Below, one piece after another: positions 39,500 to 52,789 of a stretch of DNA of 64,000 bases (the first letter of the stretch is position 1; the number at the start of each line of letters is the position of its first letter). The translations under genes and the position numbers were made by a program. The notes under the pieces are model-generated. The model searched no databases. It was given only the letters and a program-made list of their open reading frames with translations, and was not told the DNA's origin. Source of the DNA: Heterodontus francisci (taxonomy: Eukaryota); assembly GCF_036365525.1 (NCBI RefSeq), contig NC_090399.1, forward strand, positions 21,896,529 through 21,960,528, given 5' to 3'.

Positions 39500-40170
39500 T
39501 ATGTCCATAGGGATTGGTACTGGGACTGCTGTTGTTCTGAATTTACATAAATGATTTGGACTCAGAAGCCTAATGTACAGTATTAAACTTCCTGGAAGAC
39601 GCCAAATGCAGTGTCGAGTTAATACAGAGGAAGACTGGCAAAGTATAAGGCATCTCGAAATTTGCAGAATGGGCTTATCAATGGTAAATTAATTTCAAGA
39701 TAGATATGAATGAGATGTTGTATTTTGTTAGGAGAAATAAGGAGGCCACATACTCCTTTGCAAGTAAGAATCTAAATGGGCTAGAGGAGTAAAGGGATCT
39801 CTGGGTACAGATACACAAATCATTAAATGTAGCAATGCAGGTTAACAAAGCTATAAAATATATAAATGAAGCATTGGGGTTTATTTCCAGAGAAATAGAA
39901 TTCAAAATGAAACATGCAATGTTAAACTTATGTGGAACCTTAGTTATCCCATTTTTAGAGTACTGTGCACAATTCTGATCACCAGATTACAAAAAGAATA
40001 TAGAAGCATTGGAAAAAGTACAAAAAAGATTTCCAAAATCATACCAGAAGTAACAGGATACAACGATCAGGAAAGACTGCACAGGCTAAGGCTCTAGTTT
40101 ATAGAAAAAAGACTGAGACGTGACTGGACAGAGGTTTTCAAAATGATGAAGTGGGTGATAATGTGAAAAA
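39500..40170 (+). mobile_element. Old CR1 RT fragment
   Basis: RDLWVQIHKSL and LEYCAQF-like motifs. Confidence 0.65.
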
Positions 40171-40854
40171 TATGAGATATGAACACCCAGACCAATTTCA
40201 AGAATTACTTGACAAGATTTCAAGTTTTGAGACTTTATTATAACTAAACAAAACTTTGTAAGTTGCTGACATCCCAAATTACAACCACTGAGTTCCCTTT
40301 TTACACCCACGTCTGCCTTCAGAAAGTCTCTTAAATTTATCTGGACTCAAACATCAGTAGCTTATTGTTCCAATTTTCAGAGCCCAAAGTCTGGTTTTAT
40401 CGAGCCATTTGGGATTTCCATTATTCCCTGGTGTTAACAGCTGCCTGGTACATTTTCGCCTTTCGAATTACTGACTCCTTGTTTTACAACTCGAAAGTCT
40501 GGGAAGGTGAAACGCACTGTTCTTCAGGCATTAGCCCTGCAGTGTCTGTTTTTCAAAACAAAGTCTTTGATCTGTGTTCTCTGTTGTCTTGGTAACCAAG
40601 ACTTCTGTCTTGTCCTTTCACAAAGTAGATGTGAGGTCACCTAATCTTCCAGACTCCATTTTCAACTTTTAAAAATCTTAATTTTTAAAACCTAATCATG
40701 TTACAAGGTTCAGCATTCACAACATATTGCCCTGTTGGAGTGATTGGTCTGTTTCTGTGATGCTAAATTCTATGTCATTCTATGTCAGTACAATTGCTGT
40801 AGATCTGCTAAATACAATGCTTCATCAAATACAGTGCAGCTTCTTCAATCGAAT

Positions 40855-41192
40855 TATTTATTTATTTAGAGATACAGCACTGAAACAGGTCCTTCGGCCC
40901 ACCGAGTCTGTGCCGACCAACAACCACCCATTTATACTAATCCTACATTAATCCCATATTCCCTACCACATCCCTACCATTCTCCCACCACCTACCTACA
41001 CGAGGGGCAATTTACAATGGCCAATTTACCTATCAACCTGCAAGTCTTTGGCTGTGGGAGGAAACTGGAGCACCCGGTGCAAACCCACGTGGTCACAGAG
41101 AAAACTTGCAAACTCCGCACAGGCAGTACCCAGAACTGGGCCCAGGTCGCTGGAGCTTTGAGGCTGCGGTGCTAACCACTGCACCACTGTGT
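40855..41192 (-). mobile_element. HE1-type SINE
   Basis: Family match. Confidence 0.88.
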
Positions 41193-41284
41193 GCATTTTA
41201 AAAGGGCAGGGAGGCTAGTTAATGCTGTGAGTCAACACTCCACCTGTTAATGCTAAAATTCCACTCAGGCATATTTGCGAGGGG

Positions 41285-41840
41285 AATGAGGAGAACACCC
41301 ATTCTCTTCTTCAAACTAGTGCCATAGGGTTTTTTAAATCCACCTGAAATGTCAGTCAGGGTCACGATTTAACATCTCATCTGAAGGCCGGCACCTCCAA
41401 CAATTTAGCACTCCCTTAGTATTGCATTGGAATGTTAGCTAGATTTTGGGGCGGCACAGTGGCGCAGTGGTTAGCACCACAGCCTCACAGCTCCAGCGAC
41501 CCGGGTTCAATTCTGGGTGCTGCCTGTGTGGAGTTTGCAAGTTCTCCCTGTGTCTGCGTGGGTTTCCTCCCACATGCCAAAGACTTGCAGGTTGATAGGT
41601 AAATTGGCCATTATAAATTGCCCCTAGTATAGGTAGGTGGTAGGGAAATATAGGGACAGGTGGAGATGTGGTAGGAATATGGAATTAATGTAGGATTAGT
41701 ACAAATGGGTGGTTGATGGTTGGCACAGACTCGGTGGGCCGAAGGGCCTGTTTCAGTGCTGTATCTCTAAACTGAAAAAAACAACTAAAAACTCTGGAGA
41801 GGGACTTGAATCTACAAACCTTCTGACTCAGAGGTGACAG
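41285..41840 (-). mobile_element. Old Deu-domain SINE (SacSINE1/AmnSINE1-like), split by HE1; other fragments at ~16085-16285 and ~19680-19740
   Basis: Reverse complement contains GCAATACTAAGGGAGTGCT..GGAGGTGCC..TTCAGATGAGATGTTAAA..CAGGTGGA..TGGCACTA..GAAGAAGAG, matching my recollection of the Deu core. Confidence 0.65.
41448..41785 (+). mobile_element. HE1-type SINE inserted in an older SINE
   Basis: GGGGCGGCACAGTGGCGCAGTGG head; family match. Confidence 0.9.
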
Positions 41841-42635
41841 GACCATTATCACTGTATTTTATTGTTATTATAATTCCCAGTGTATAATCTGAAACCTGGA
41901 ATATATAGAGTGCTGCATGAACCTGTTCTAAGGAAAGCTACCATCACTGTTTCTCTGGGGGTTCTCCCTCCACTTGGCCTTTGGTCCCCAATGAAGCCTA
42001 AAAGAGAAGTTTGAATTTTCTGGTAATTCTTTCAATGAGCTGAATATACAGTTAGTTCTGAAAGGAAAACTGACAAGGTCACATCACAACAACAGACCTT
42101 CAAAAACTTGAAGGCAAACTGATAGAGTCATTGCAGGAAAGTGAAGCCCAGGCTTGTTAAAACTAACACCAGCTTTTTGTTATCAGGCAGTAAGTTTCCC
42201 CAATGGTACAGTGTGAGGAGAAACTTCCCAATTGGTAAAGGCAAAGGCACTGCTTAATATAGTAAAGGGATGGTCCAGTGGGGTAGAGGCACCGCTCAGT
42301 GTGTCAAGGCTCCACCCAATTGGTAAAAGCACTACCTAATGGCAAAAAGTACAACCTTTTAGGGAAAGTAGCCCAATGTGATCCTGAACCATAAAGGATG
42401 AGATGGTCCGAGGTTTAGTTCTGTCTTTGCTGAATTAGCTGATCTTAGCTGTGGCAGCAGTTTGAAGCTATATGAGATCTCAGCCCCCTGGGATTTGAAG
42501 AAGTTTTCCCCTAAGGTACCTTACGCAAGTTTTATATCTTAGTTTCCTCACGAACTAAATATATATTCATAAATGACAACATTATTTACACCACCATGTG
42601 AATTATATTTTATCTCAGTCCCCAGTTTAACTCTT

Positions 42636-42738
42636 AAATAAAAACAAGAAATGCTGGAAATACTCAGCAGGTCTGGCAGCATCTGTGGAGAGAGAAGCAG
42701 AATTAATGTTTCAGGTCAGTGACCCTTCATCAGAACTC
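42636..42738 (-). mobile_element. Solo Penelope-like terminal repeat with hammerhead motif
   Basis: Reverse complement reads GAGTTCTGATGAAGGGTCACTGACCTGAAACATTAATTCTGC...GTTTTTATTT. No clear TSD. Confidence 0.8.
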
Positions 42739-45685
42739 AAATAATGGACTTCCCAGTCATCCCATGTGCTTGGTTGGGCTGCATAACGTCTTAATAAATT
42801 TACATGTCAAGGTCCTTCACTATACTCACATCCACAGTAAATTATTCCAATTACTTATTTCACATTCCTTCACCACAGTTCAACTTTATTCTGTGTGGGG
42901 TATAGTTTTGGTCGGGTTCTCTCAATCTGCCACCATAACGTCTCTTCTAATTCTGTCATAGAACCCTTGTGGAAGTTACGGGGTGTATGTTTATTTATTG
43001 ATGGGTTAATTACTTGATACATGGCAAAAGTAGTGCATGATTCTGATTTTTCATTGAGGTGGCCTCTTCTTAGTTTGTAATGAAATATCCCTTCTGTATT
43101 TTTGGCCCAGTTGCTTTAGTTACAGTGTGGGAGACAGCGTTGGTCACTGGCTACCGTGGAGGACAGGAAATCTGCTTATTTGTGGTTAACATGCACTCAA
43201 GCTGCTTTCTCATTTATCTTAAACAGTTCCAAAGCTTAGAATAGAAATAGAAATAGAAACACTTGCTCATTGTATCATGTATTAAAAAACTGCAATGCTG
43301 TGATAAAATACAGCTAAATAATTTATTTTTCAGAGATACAAATGGACTGAAAAACCTAGACACTTTTATGCAAATGCTTCAAATGAAGGCAACATTAGGA
43401 CAGGTGACCAAGTGTTTGGTCAAAGAGGAAGCTTGTAAGCAGCGTTATAAAGGCAGAGAAAGAGGTCGAGAGGCGGAGGTTTGATGAGGGGATTCCAGAG
43501 CTTAGGGCCTAGATGGCTGAAGGCATATCCATCAATGGTTGGGTTAAGAAAGTGAAATACAGATTAGCTACTCATGCATTTCATTGATCTGAGCAACTCT
43601 GGCATATCCTTGAGTATCCTGGAGGGAGAGTTAGTTAACCTCACAGCAAGACAAACCTTTGCCAAAGTTCCTGACTCATATTATTTTTCAGAATATAAAT
43701 TCAGGGGCCTCTGAGTACTGCTTGTCGGCACTGAGTTCTGCTTGAGTGTACAGAGTGTCAAGCAGGGAGTTTGGTGAGTGAGGGAGTTTGTTGAATAGGG
43801 GAACTTTAAATTAATTAAGAAAATTAATTTAATTAACACAATGTAAATGCAGGACGGGTGATGTGTCGTAGCTGCTGTATTTGGGAGCTTCTGGATGCCA
43901 TAGCAATCCATGGCAACCACGTCTGTAGTAACTGTCTGCGACTTGAGGAACTTCAGCTCAGAGTAGATCAGCTGGAGGCCGAGCTGCAGATATTGCAATG
44001 CATCAGGGAGGGGGAAAGTTACCTGGACACTTGGTTCCAGAAGGCAGTCACACCCCTTAGGATAGGGTCAATGGTCAAGGACAGGAGGGTGTGACTGCGA
44101 ATCAGGCAGGTAAGGGGATCAAGAAGGTGGGAGTGGAGTTGCCTCAGTCCTTGCAATTGAGCAACAAGTTTGATGCTTTTGCAGCTTTTGCACAAGAGTG
44201 AAGGCTGTAGTTTGGATGAACAGACTGGCCATGGCACCATGGTACAGGAAGCTGTTCAAGCGGGGGGAGCAAAAAGAAATGTAGTGGTAGTAGGGGACAG
44301 TATAGAGAGGGAGATAGACACTGTTCTCTGCAGCAAAGAGCAAGAGTCCAGAGGCTGTGTTGCCTGCCCAGTGCCAGAGATTGGGACATCTGTTCAGGGC
44401 TGGAGAGGAACTTACATTGGGAGGGGGTCGGATCCAGTCGTTGTAGTCTATCTATGTACCAACAGCATAGACGGGACAAGATAAAAGGTTCTGCATAGCC
44501 AGTATGAGGAGCGAGGCAGAACCTCAAAGATAATAATCTCTGGATTATTACCTGAGCCAAGTGCAAATTGGAGTCGGGCAAATAAGAATAGAGAAATGAA
44601 TGCGTGGCTCACAGACTGGTGTGGTAGAAGTGGGTTCCAGGTCATGGGGCACTGGCACCAATATTGGGGAACGTGGGGACTGTACCATTGGGACAGTATG
44701 CACCTGAACCGTGCTGGGAGCAGTGTTCTAGCGAGCTGCATAAGTAGGGAAGATGAGAGGGTTTTAAACTAAATAGTGGAGGCAAGGGATCAAATTTGGG
44801 AAGATGTGGTAAATCAAAGAGAGACAAGGCAAGAGAGAAAGGTATTAATATGGGAAAAGACAAACTGTGGCAGGAAGGGACAGTGAGTACAAATCTAAGA
44901 GTTAATCAGCAGATAAGGCTAGAGGATACAAAATTAATAAAAGGACAAAACTAAAGGCTCTGTATCTGAATGCACATTGCATTTGAATCAAAACAGATGA
45001 ACTGAAAGGGAAAACAGAAATAAGTACAATCTGATAGCCATTACAGAGACATGGCTGCAGGATGACATAGATTGGGCCCTGAATATTGAAGGATTCATAA
45101 CATTTCGGAAGGACAGGAAGCTAGGAAAAGGGGGAAGGGTGACTCTGTTAATTAATGATGCTATTAGCACAATAGAGAGGCATGACCTAAGTTCAGGAAA
45201 TCAGGATTTAGAAGAGGTTTGGGTAGAGATGAGAAATGATAAAGGCAAGAAGTCACTTATGGGAGTGGTTTACAGGTGCCCTAACAATAACCACATGGTA
45301 GGATGGGGGACAAAGGAAGAAGCAATGGGAGCTTGTCAGGAAGGTCTGGCGATAATCATGGGGGGTTTTAATCTACATATAGACTGGAAAAATCAGATGG
45401 GCAAAGGTAGCCTAGATGAGGAGTTCATAGAATGTTTTCTGGATAGTTTCTTAGAAGAGCATGTTCTGAAGCCAACCCGAGAGCAGGCTATACTAGACCT
45501 GGTATTGTGCAATGAGATAGGATTAATTGATAACCTTATAACAAATGCACCCCGAGGCAGCAGCGATCATAGTATGATTGAATATTACATTCCATTTGAG
45601 AGAGAGGGGAGAGGTCTAAAACTGGTATTTTAAACTTAAATAAGGGTAATTATGAGGACATGAAAGCAGAGCTAGCTAAAGTGAA

Positions 45686-48600
45686 ATAAAAACAAGAAAT
45701 GCTGGAAATACACAGCAGTTCTGGCAGCATCTGTGGAGAGAGAAGCAGAGTTAACATTTCAGGTCAGTGACCCTTCTTCAGAACTGGCAGATACTAGAAA
45801 TGTAAAAGGTTTTAGGCAAGTAAAGTGGGGATGGGGCAAAAGATAACAAAAGAGGTGTTGATAGGACAAGGTCACAGAATAACTGACCAGAAGGTCATGG
45901 AGCAAAGGGAAACACTTTGTGAATGGTGTGCTGAAAGACAAAGCATTTGTACAGATAGGGTGTTAATGGACTGAAAGCTGAACAGCCACAAGCACAAACA
46001 TTGAAAGAAATTGGGTAGGCACAGTAGAAACAAACTGAACCAAAATAAAATAAACACAAAAATGAAAAAAAAACCTGAAAATAAAAGTAAAATGGGGGGC
46101 CCATCATGCTCTGAAATTATTGAACTCAATGTTCAGTCCGGCAGGCTGTAGCGTGCCTAATCGGTAAACGAGATGCTGTTCCACGAGCTTGCATTGATGT
46201 TCACTGGAACACTGCAGCAATCCCAGGAATGTGAGCATGAGAGCAGGGGTATGTTTTGAAATGGCAAGCAACCAGAAGCTTGGAGTCATGCTTTCGGACT
46301 GAGCGGAGGTGTTCCGCAAAGTGGTCACCCAGTCTACGTTTGGTCTTCCCAATATAGAGGAGACCACATTGTGAGCAGCGAATACAGTATACTACATTGA
46401 AAGAAGTACAAGTAAATCGCTGCTTCACCTGAAAGGAGTGTTTGGGGCCTGGATAGTGAGGAGCTAAATAGTCAAGTATTACACCTCCTGCGATTGCAGG
46501 GGAAGGTGCCGTGGGAAGGGGATAAGGTGGTGGGGGTAATGGAGGAGTGGACTAGGGTGTCACAGAGGGAACGATCCCTTCAGAATGCTGACAGGGGAGG
46601 GGAGGGGAAGATGCTTTTGGTAGTGGCATCATGCTTGAGGTGGCGGAAATGGCAGAGGATGATCCTTTGGATATGGAGGCTGATGGGGTGGAAAGTGAAG
46701 ACCAAGGGGAACCCTATCATGGTTCTGGGAGGGAGGGAAAGGGGTGAGGGTAGAGGTGCAGGAAATGGGCCGGACACGGTTGAGGGCCCTGTCAACCACA
46801 GTGGGGGGGAATCCTCGGTTGAAGAAAAAGGAAGACATATCAGAAGCACTGTCCCGGAAGGTAGCATCATCAGAGCAGATGCGTCGGATACGGAGAAACT
46901 GGGAGAATGGAATGGAGTCCTTACAGGAAGCAGGGTGTGAAGAAGTGTAGTCGAGGTAGCTGGGAGTTGGAGGGCTTATAATGAATATAAGCAGACAGTC
47001 TATTCCCAGAGATGGAGACAGAGAAGTCGAGGAAGGGAAGTGTCAGAGATGGACCATGTAAAGGTGAGAGAAGGGTGGAAATTAGAAGCAAAGTTGATAA
47101 AGTTTTCCAGTTCCAGGGTGGGAGCAGGAAACGGCACCAATACAGTCATCAATGTACCAGAAAAAGAGTTGGGGGAGGGGGCCTGAGTAGGACTGGAACA
47201 AGGAATGTTCAACATATGGTTTACTAAAGAAGTTGAAGTGCTTGTCAAGAGGAAGAAGAAGGCTTATGTTAGGATGAGACGTGAAGGTTCAGTTAGGGCG
47301 CTTGAGAGCTACAAGCTAGCCAGGAAGGATCTAAAGGGAGAGCTAAGAAGAGCAAGGAGAGGACACGAGAAGTCATTGGTGGATCGGATCAGGGAAAACC
47401 CTAAGGCTTTCTATAGGTATATCAGGAATAAAAGAATGACTAGAGTTAGATTAGGGCCAATCAAGATTGTAGTGGGAAGTTGTGTGTGGAATCAGAGGAG
47501 ATAGGGGAAGTGTTAAATGAATATTTTGCGTCAGTATTTACAGTAGAGAAAGAAAATGTTGTTGAGAATACTGAGATTCAGGCTACGAGGCTAGATGGGA
47601 TTGAGGTTCACAAGGAGGAGGTGTTAGCAATTTTGGAAGGTGTGAAAATAGATAAGTCCCCTGGGCCAGATGGGATTTATCCTAGGATTCTCTGGGAAGC
47701 TAGGGAGGAGATTGCAGAGCCTTTGTCCTTGATCTTTATGTCGTCATTGTCGACAGGAATAGTGCCGGAAGACTGGAGGATTGCAAATGTTGTCCCCTTG
47801 TTCAAGAAGGGGAGTAGAGACAGCCCTGGTAATTATAGACCTGTGAGCCTTACTTCGGTTGTGGGTAAAATGTTGGAAAAGGTTATAAGAGACAGGATTT
47901 ATAATCATCTTGAAAAGAATAAGTTCATTAGCGATAGTCAGCACGGTTTTGTGACGGGTAGGTCGTGCCTCACAAACCTTATTGAGTTTTTCGAGAAGGT
48001 GACCAAACAGGTGGATGAGGGTAAAGCAGTGGATGTGGTGTATATGGATTTCAGTAAGGCGTTTGATAAGGTTCCCCACGGTAGGCTATTGCAGAAAATA
48101 CGGAAGTATGGGGTTGAAGGCGATTTAGAGCTTTGGATCAGAAATTGGCTAGCTGAAAGAAGACAGAGGGTGGTGGTTGATGGCAAATGTTCATCCTGGA
48201 GTTTAGTTACTAGTGGTGTACCGCAAGGATCTGTTTTGGGGCCACTGCTGTTTGTCATTTTTATAAATGACCTGGAAGAGGGTGTAGAAGGGTGGGTTAG
48301 TAAATTTGCAGATGACACTAAGGTCGGTGGAGTTGTGGATAGTGCCGAAGGATGTTGTAGGGTACAGAGAGACATAGATAGGCTGCAGAGCTGGGCTGAG
48401 AGATGGCAAATGGAGTTTAATGCGGAAAAGTGTGAGGTGATTCACTTTGGAAGGAGTAACAGGAATGCAGAGTACTGGGCTAATGGGAAGATTCTTGGTA
48501 GTGTAGATGAACAGAGAGATCTTGGTGTCCAGGTGCATAAATCCCTGAAGGTTGCTAACCAGGTTAATAGGGCTGTTAAGAAGGCATATGGTGTGTTAGC

Positions 48601-50543
48601 TTTTATTAGTAGGGGGGTCGAGTTTCGGATCCACGAGGTCATGCTGCAGCTGTACAAAACTCTGGTGAGACCGCACCTGGAGTATTGCGTGCAGTTCTGG
48701 TCACCGCATTATAGGAAGGATGTGGAAGCTATGGAAAGGGTGCAGAGGAGATTTACTAGGATGTTGCCTGGTATGGAGGGAAGGTCTTACGAGAAAAGGC
48801 TGAGGGACTTGAGGTTGTTTTCGTTGGAGAGAAGGAGGAGGAGAGGTGACTTAATAGAGACATATAAGATAATCAGAGGGTTAGATAGGGTGGATAGTGA
48901 GCGTCTTTTTCCTCGGATGGTGATGGCAAACACGAGGGGACATAGCATCAAGTTGAGGGGTGATAGATATAGGACAGATGTGAGAGGTAGTTTCTTTACT
49001 CAGAGAGTAGTAAGGGTGTGGAACGCCCTGCCTGCAGCAGTAGTAGATTCGCCAACTTTAAGGGCATTTAAGTGGTCATTGGATAGACACATGGATGAAA
49101 ATGGAATAGTGTAGGTCAGATGGTTTCACAGGTCGGCGCAACATCGAGGGTCGAAGGGCCTGTACTGCGCTGTAATGTTCTAATTTCTAATTTCAAAAAG
49201 ACAGGCATAACTAGGACCCATGCGGGTACCCATAGCGACACCTTTTACTTGAAGGAAGTGAGTGGAGTTGAAGGAGAAGTTGTTCAATGTGAGAACAAGT
49301 TCAGCCAGGCGGAGGAGGGTGATGGTTGTTGGGGACTGGTTGGGCCTCTGTTCAAGGAAGAAGCGGAGAGCCCTCAAACCTTCCTGGGGGGGGATGGAGA
49401 TGTCGAGAGATTAGACGTCCATAGTGAAGGGGAAATGGTTGGGGCCAGGAGACTGGAAATTGTCAAAATGACATAGGGCGTCAGAAGAGTCACAGATGTA
49501 GGTGGGAAGAGACAGGACCAGCGGATAAAAGATAGAGTCAAGATAGGAAGAAATAAGTTCAGTGGGGCAGGTACAGGCTGAAACAATGGGTCTGCCGTGA
49601 CAGTCCTGAATGTGGATTTTGGGAAGGAGATAGAAGCGGGCTGTCCGGCGTGTGGGCCTATGAAGTTAGAAGCTGTAGAGGGAAGATCTCCAGAGGAGAT
49701 GAGGTCAGTGACAGTCCTGTGGACAGTCTCTTGATGTTCGGAGGTGGGGTCAAGGTCCAGGGGGAAGTAACAAGAAGTGCTTGAGAGTTGGCGCTGCTTA
49801 CAATATGGTCTCCTCTGCATTGGGGAGACCAAACGCAGACTGGGTGACCGCTTTGAGGAACATCTCCACTCTGCCCAACAGCATGACCCCGAGCTTCCGG
49901 TTGTTGGCCATTTCAACACTCCCCTTTGGTGTCATGCTCACATCTCTGTCCTGGGATTGCTGCAGTGTTCCAGTGAACATCAATGTAAGCTCGAAGAACA
50001 GCATCTCATTTACCGATTAGGCACGCTACAGCCTGCCGGACTGAATATTGAGTTCAATAATTTAGGACCATGCCGGGCCCCCCATTTTACTTTTATTTTT
50101 AGTTCTTTTCTCCTTTTTTTTTTGTGTTTATTTTATTTTAAGTTTGTTCAGTTTGTTTCTACTGTGCCTACCCACTGGTTTTCTTTTCATGTTTGTGTAT
50201 GTGGCTGTTCAGTTTTCAGTCCATTAACACCCTATCTGTATTAATGCTTTACCTTTCAGCAAACCATTAACATATTGTTTGCCTTTGCTCCATGACCTTC
50301 TGGTCAGTTATTCTGTGACCTTGTTCTATCAACACCTTCTCTTTTGACATCTCTTGCCCCACCTCTGCTTTGCTTGCTTAAAACCTTTTACATTTCTAAT
50401 ATCTGCCAGTTCTGATGAAGGGTCTCTGACCTGAAGCGTTAACTCTGCTTCTCTCTCCACAGATGCTGCCAGACCTGCTGAGTATTTCCAGCATTTCTTG
50501 TTTTTATTTCAGATTTCCAGCATCTGCAGTATTTTGCTTTTGT
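45686..50543. mobile_element. Penelope-like retroelement insertion (RT + GIY-YIG endonuclease) with inverted arms, interrupted by a young CR1
   Basis: Minus arm 45686-47217 plus 49194-~49780 carries RT motifs GVAMGTRMGPSYACLF and GIY-YIG NVVYCIRCSQCGLLYIGKTKRRLGDHFAEH. Plus arm ~49790-50543 repeats the GIY-YIG C-terminus and terminal repeat. 15-bp TSD GCTAGCTAAAGTGAA (45671-45685 and 50544-50558). Confidence 0.88.
47218..49193 (+). mobile_element. Young 5'-truncated CR1 LINE with uninterrupted RT ORF (47480-49114, 544 aa)
   Basis: [42 protein letters not shown] and FADD motifs; TTCTAA-repeat tail. It interrupts the Penelope-like RT. Confidence 0.95.
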
Positions 50544-51100
50544 GCTAGCTAAAGTGAACTGGAAAAGTAGGTTAAGGGATAGGTCAACAGAGATGTAGTG
50601 GCAGACATTTAAGGGGATATTTCAGAATACACAGAATAGATACATTCCAGCGGGAAAGAAAAATTCCAAGAGGAGGACCCACCATCCGTGGTTAACTAAA
50701 AAGTTAAAGATAGTATCAAACTTTAAGAAAAAGCATATCATTGCGCAAAGATGGGTGGCAGGTCAGAGGATTGGACAGAATATAAAAAACAGCAAAGAAT
50801 GACTGAAAGAATAAAAGAATTACATTGGCTATTTTCCAATTTAATGGAACCTTCCCTGAATCTGGGGAATTTTGGAAAATTAAAACCAACACATCAACTA
50901 TCTCACTAGCCACTTCTTTGAAGACTTTAGGATGAAATCCATCAGGACCCAGGGACTTGTCAGCCCGCAGCTCCAAAATTTGCTCAGTACCACAACTCTG
51001 ATTGTAATTTTCTTGAGTTCCTCTCTCCCTTCCATTTCCTGGTTTACAAATATTTCCGAGATGTTACTTGTATCCCCGATAGTGAAGGCAGATGCAAAAT

Positions 51101-51412
51101 GGGTGGCGCAGTGGTTCGCACTGCAGCCTCACAGCTCCAGGGACCCGGGTTCAATTCTGGGTACTGCCTGTGTGGAGTTTGCAAGTTCTCCCTGTGTCTG
51201 TGTGGGTTTTTGCCGGGTGCTCCGGTTTCCTCCCACCTCCAAAGACTTGCAGGTGATAGGTAAATTGGCCATTGTAAATTGCCCCTAGTGTAGGTAGGTG
51301 GTAGGGAATATGGGATTACTGTAGGGTTAGTATAAATGGGTGGTTGTTGGTCGGCACAGACTCGGTGGGCCGAATGGCCTGTTTTAGTGCTGTATCTCTA
51401 ATAACAAAAAAA
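51101..51412 (+). mobile_element. HE1-type SINE
   Basis: Family match. Confidence 0.88.
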
Positions 51413-52789
51413 AATACCTGTTCAATTCATCTGCCATCCCCTTATTTTCCATGTATAATATAATGTGGGAAAATGTGAAATTGTTCATTTTGGCAGGAAG
51501 AATGAAAAAGTATATTATTTAACTGGTGAGAGATTGCAGAGCTCTGAGATGCAGAGGGATCTGGGTGTCCTTGTGCATGAATCACAAAAGGTTAGTATGC
51601 AGGTACAGCACGTAATTAGGAAAGCTAATAGAATGTTATCGTTTATTGTGAAGAAAATTGAATACAAAAGTAGGGAGGTTATGCTTCAGCTACACAGGGC
51701 ACTGGTGAGACCACATCTGGAGTACTGTGTACAGTATTGGTCTCCTTATTTAAGGAAGGATGTAAATGTTTTGAAAGCATTTCAGAGAAGGTTTACTAGC
51801 CTATTACCTGCAATGGCCGGGTTGTCTTATGAGGAAGGATTGGACAGGCTATGCTTGCATCTGCTGGAGTTTAGAAGAGTAAGGGGCAACTTGATTGAAA
51901 CATATAAGTTCCTGAGGAGTCTTGACAGGGTGGATGTGCAATGGATGTTTCCACTTGTGGGAGAATCTAGAACTCGGGATCACAGTTTAAAACTAAGGAG
52001 ATGCCCATTTAAGACAGAGATGCGGAGAAATTTTTTCTCTCAGAGGGTTGTGAGTCTTTGGAACTCTCTTTCTCAAAAGGCGGTGGAAGCAGCCTTTGAA
52101 TATCTTTAAGGTGGAGGTAGATAGATTCTTGATAAGCAAGGGGGTGAAAAGTCATCGGGTAGGCAGGAAAGTGGAGTTGATGTTACAATTAAATCAGCCA
52201 ATATCTTGTTGAATGGCGGAGCAGACTGGAGAGGCCGAGTGGCGTACTCCTAATTCTTATGTTCGTATGTATGTATGCTCGTAAGAGAACCTTGCTTAAG
52301 CGTTTGGTGATATTGACTATTAGTCTAGTGCACAGCCTGGACATCTAGACCATTACACAGTGTCTGGTACAATATAAGCTGCTCTGCACCATGTTAACGA
52401 CAGAAATCTGTTATACAGGCAATGAGCAAATAATACGAGCTTTAGGAGAATTGCTGCTGAAACATGGTGCGGGTGGGAGGGGGCGTGGGGGGAGGGGGCA
52501 GAGTTGGGTGGAGGGTGTACTTTTGCCAAAGAGTGAAAATGGATGCTAAATGGGTATGGTGATAATGAGAAACGCCTGTTTGAAAGTGAGGACTTTTCAC
52601 ATGACTTTCAGGCTAATTGATGATTATCATGATTTAAATGTGCTTGCAGGTGCTGAAACCAACAAGGGTAGGTTTAGTACTCGTGCTGGTTACTCTCAAT
52701 GTTCCTGGAGCTGTATATATAACCTGCACTCACCCACTTCCACTGAAGGTGTGAAGTGCTCTGGCTAGGAGAGAAAGCCAATGTGGAAG

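Larger units (their letters stand above)
43720..52275 (+). mobile_element. Decayed near-full-length CR1 (ORF1 Zn-finger/coiled-coil/esterase, ORF2 EN-RT) hosting nested insertions and an internal inversion
   Basis: ORF1 CRSCCIWEL..CSNCLRLEEL and RNVVVVGDSI; endonuclease TETWL, GVVYR, LDLV, SDH; RT C-terminus at 51465-52109. Confidence 0.85.

Noticed and set aside
47480-49114. Longest ORF (544 aa) as a host gene
   Set aside because: It is CR1 ORF2 reverse transcriptase, 5'-truncated, with a LINE tail and nested in another element.
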